DNA from: an uncultured Nitrososphaerales archaeon | GTDB lineage: Archaea; Thermoproteota; Nitrososphaeria; Nitrososphaerales; Nitrososphaeraceae | Reading direction: 5' to 3' | DNA: 56,886 nt | Assembly: GCA_963709405.1 (NCBI GenBank) | Contig: CAVPXM010000046.1 | Location: 1 to 56,886, forward strand | Shown here: positions 56,638 to 56,886 of the stretch, in pieces | Position numbering within the stretch: the stretch's first letter is position 1 | Layout: each line of letters opens with the position of its first letter | Notes under the pieces: model-generated | The model's input: only the letters and a program-made list of their open reading frames with translations | Database searches by the model: none | Told to the model about the DNA's origin: nothing | Translations under genes and position numbers: made by a program

Positions 56638-56886
56638 GAAATGATATCAATTATAGATTATTTTAAGCTATCCATTAAAGTATTTATAGTTGATAAACAA
56701 TAAATCTATCATTATTTGGAGGAAATATTATTAAAATTTTTATAACGTTCGACGGTTTGTATAAAGTCTATGATATAGATTCTTAGAATGAGAATGCAGT
56801 CTACATATTAATTCGAAGCCACTTATTCTATCATCTTCAATTTTGTAAATATATACACAACAGATTTTGTTCTATGCATTATTTTT

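Overview
AT-rich archaeal accessory region. The host looks like a soil ammonia-oxidising archaeon (Nitrososphaeraceae-like); this is inferred from protein families (cupredoxins, PsbP-like, F420-dependent enzymes, Lrp/AsnC, archaeal Hsp20), not from a marker gene. The first ~918 bp is unrelated high-GC bacterial DNA joined into the middle of cas6, most likely a chimera. From 0.9-7.6 kb lies a type I-B (Cst1/Cst2-like) CRISPR-Cas interference locus: cas6, leader, a 5-repeat/4-spacer array, cas8, cas7, cas5, cas3, with no cas1/2/4 visible. From ~7.9-20 kb is a degraded integrated element. It has two complementary partial copies of an HTH / terminase-large-subunit / Cys-rich module, no capsid or portal gene, two DUF2080-led cassettes of secreted proteins, and defence-type cargo (wHTH-TIR/NDT-like, DUF3800, KAP NTPase). 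The remainder is accessory genes, pseudogenes, at least six IS elements or remnants, Cys-rich microproteins missed by the ORF track, a dispersed GGCGCGC-initiated repeat, and a duplicated, foldable non-coding block (candidate novel ncRNA) between divergent zinc-ribbon genes. Many single-base frameshifts fall in homopolymers, so some pseudogenes may be sequencing errors. All family calls are from motif recognition; no searches were run.
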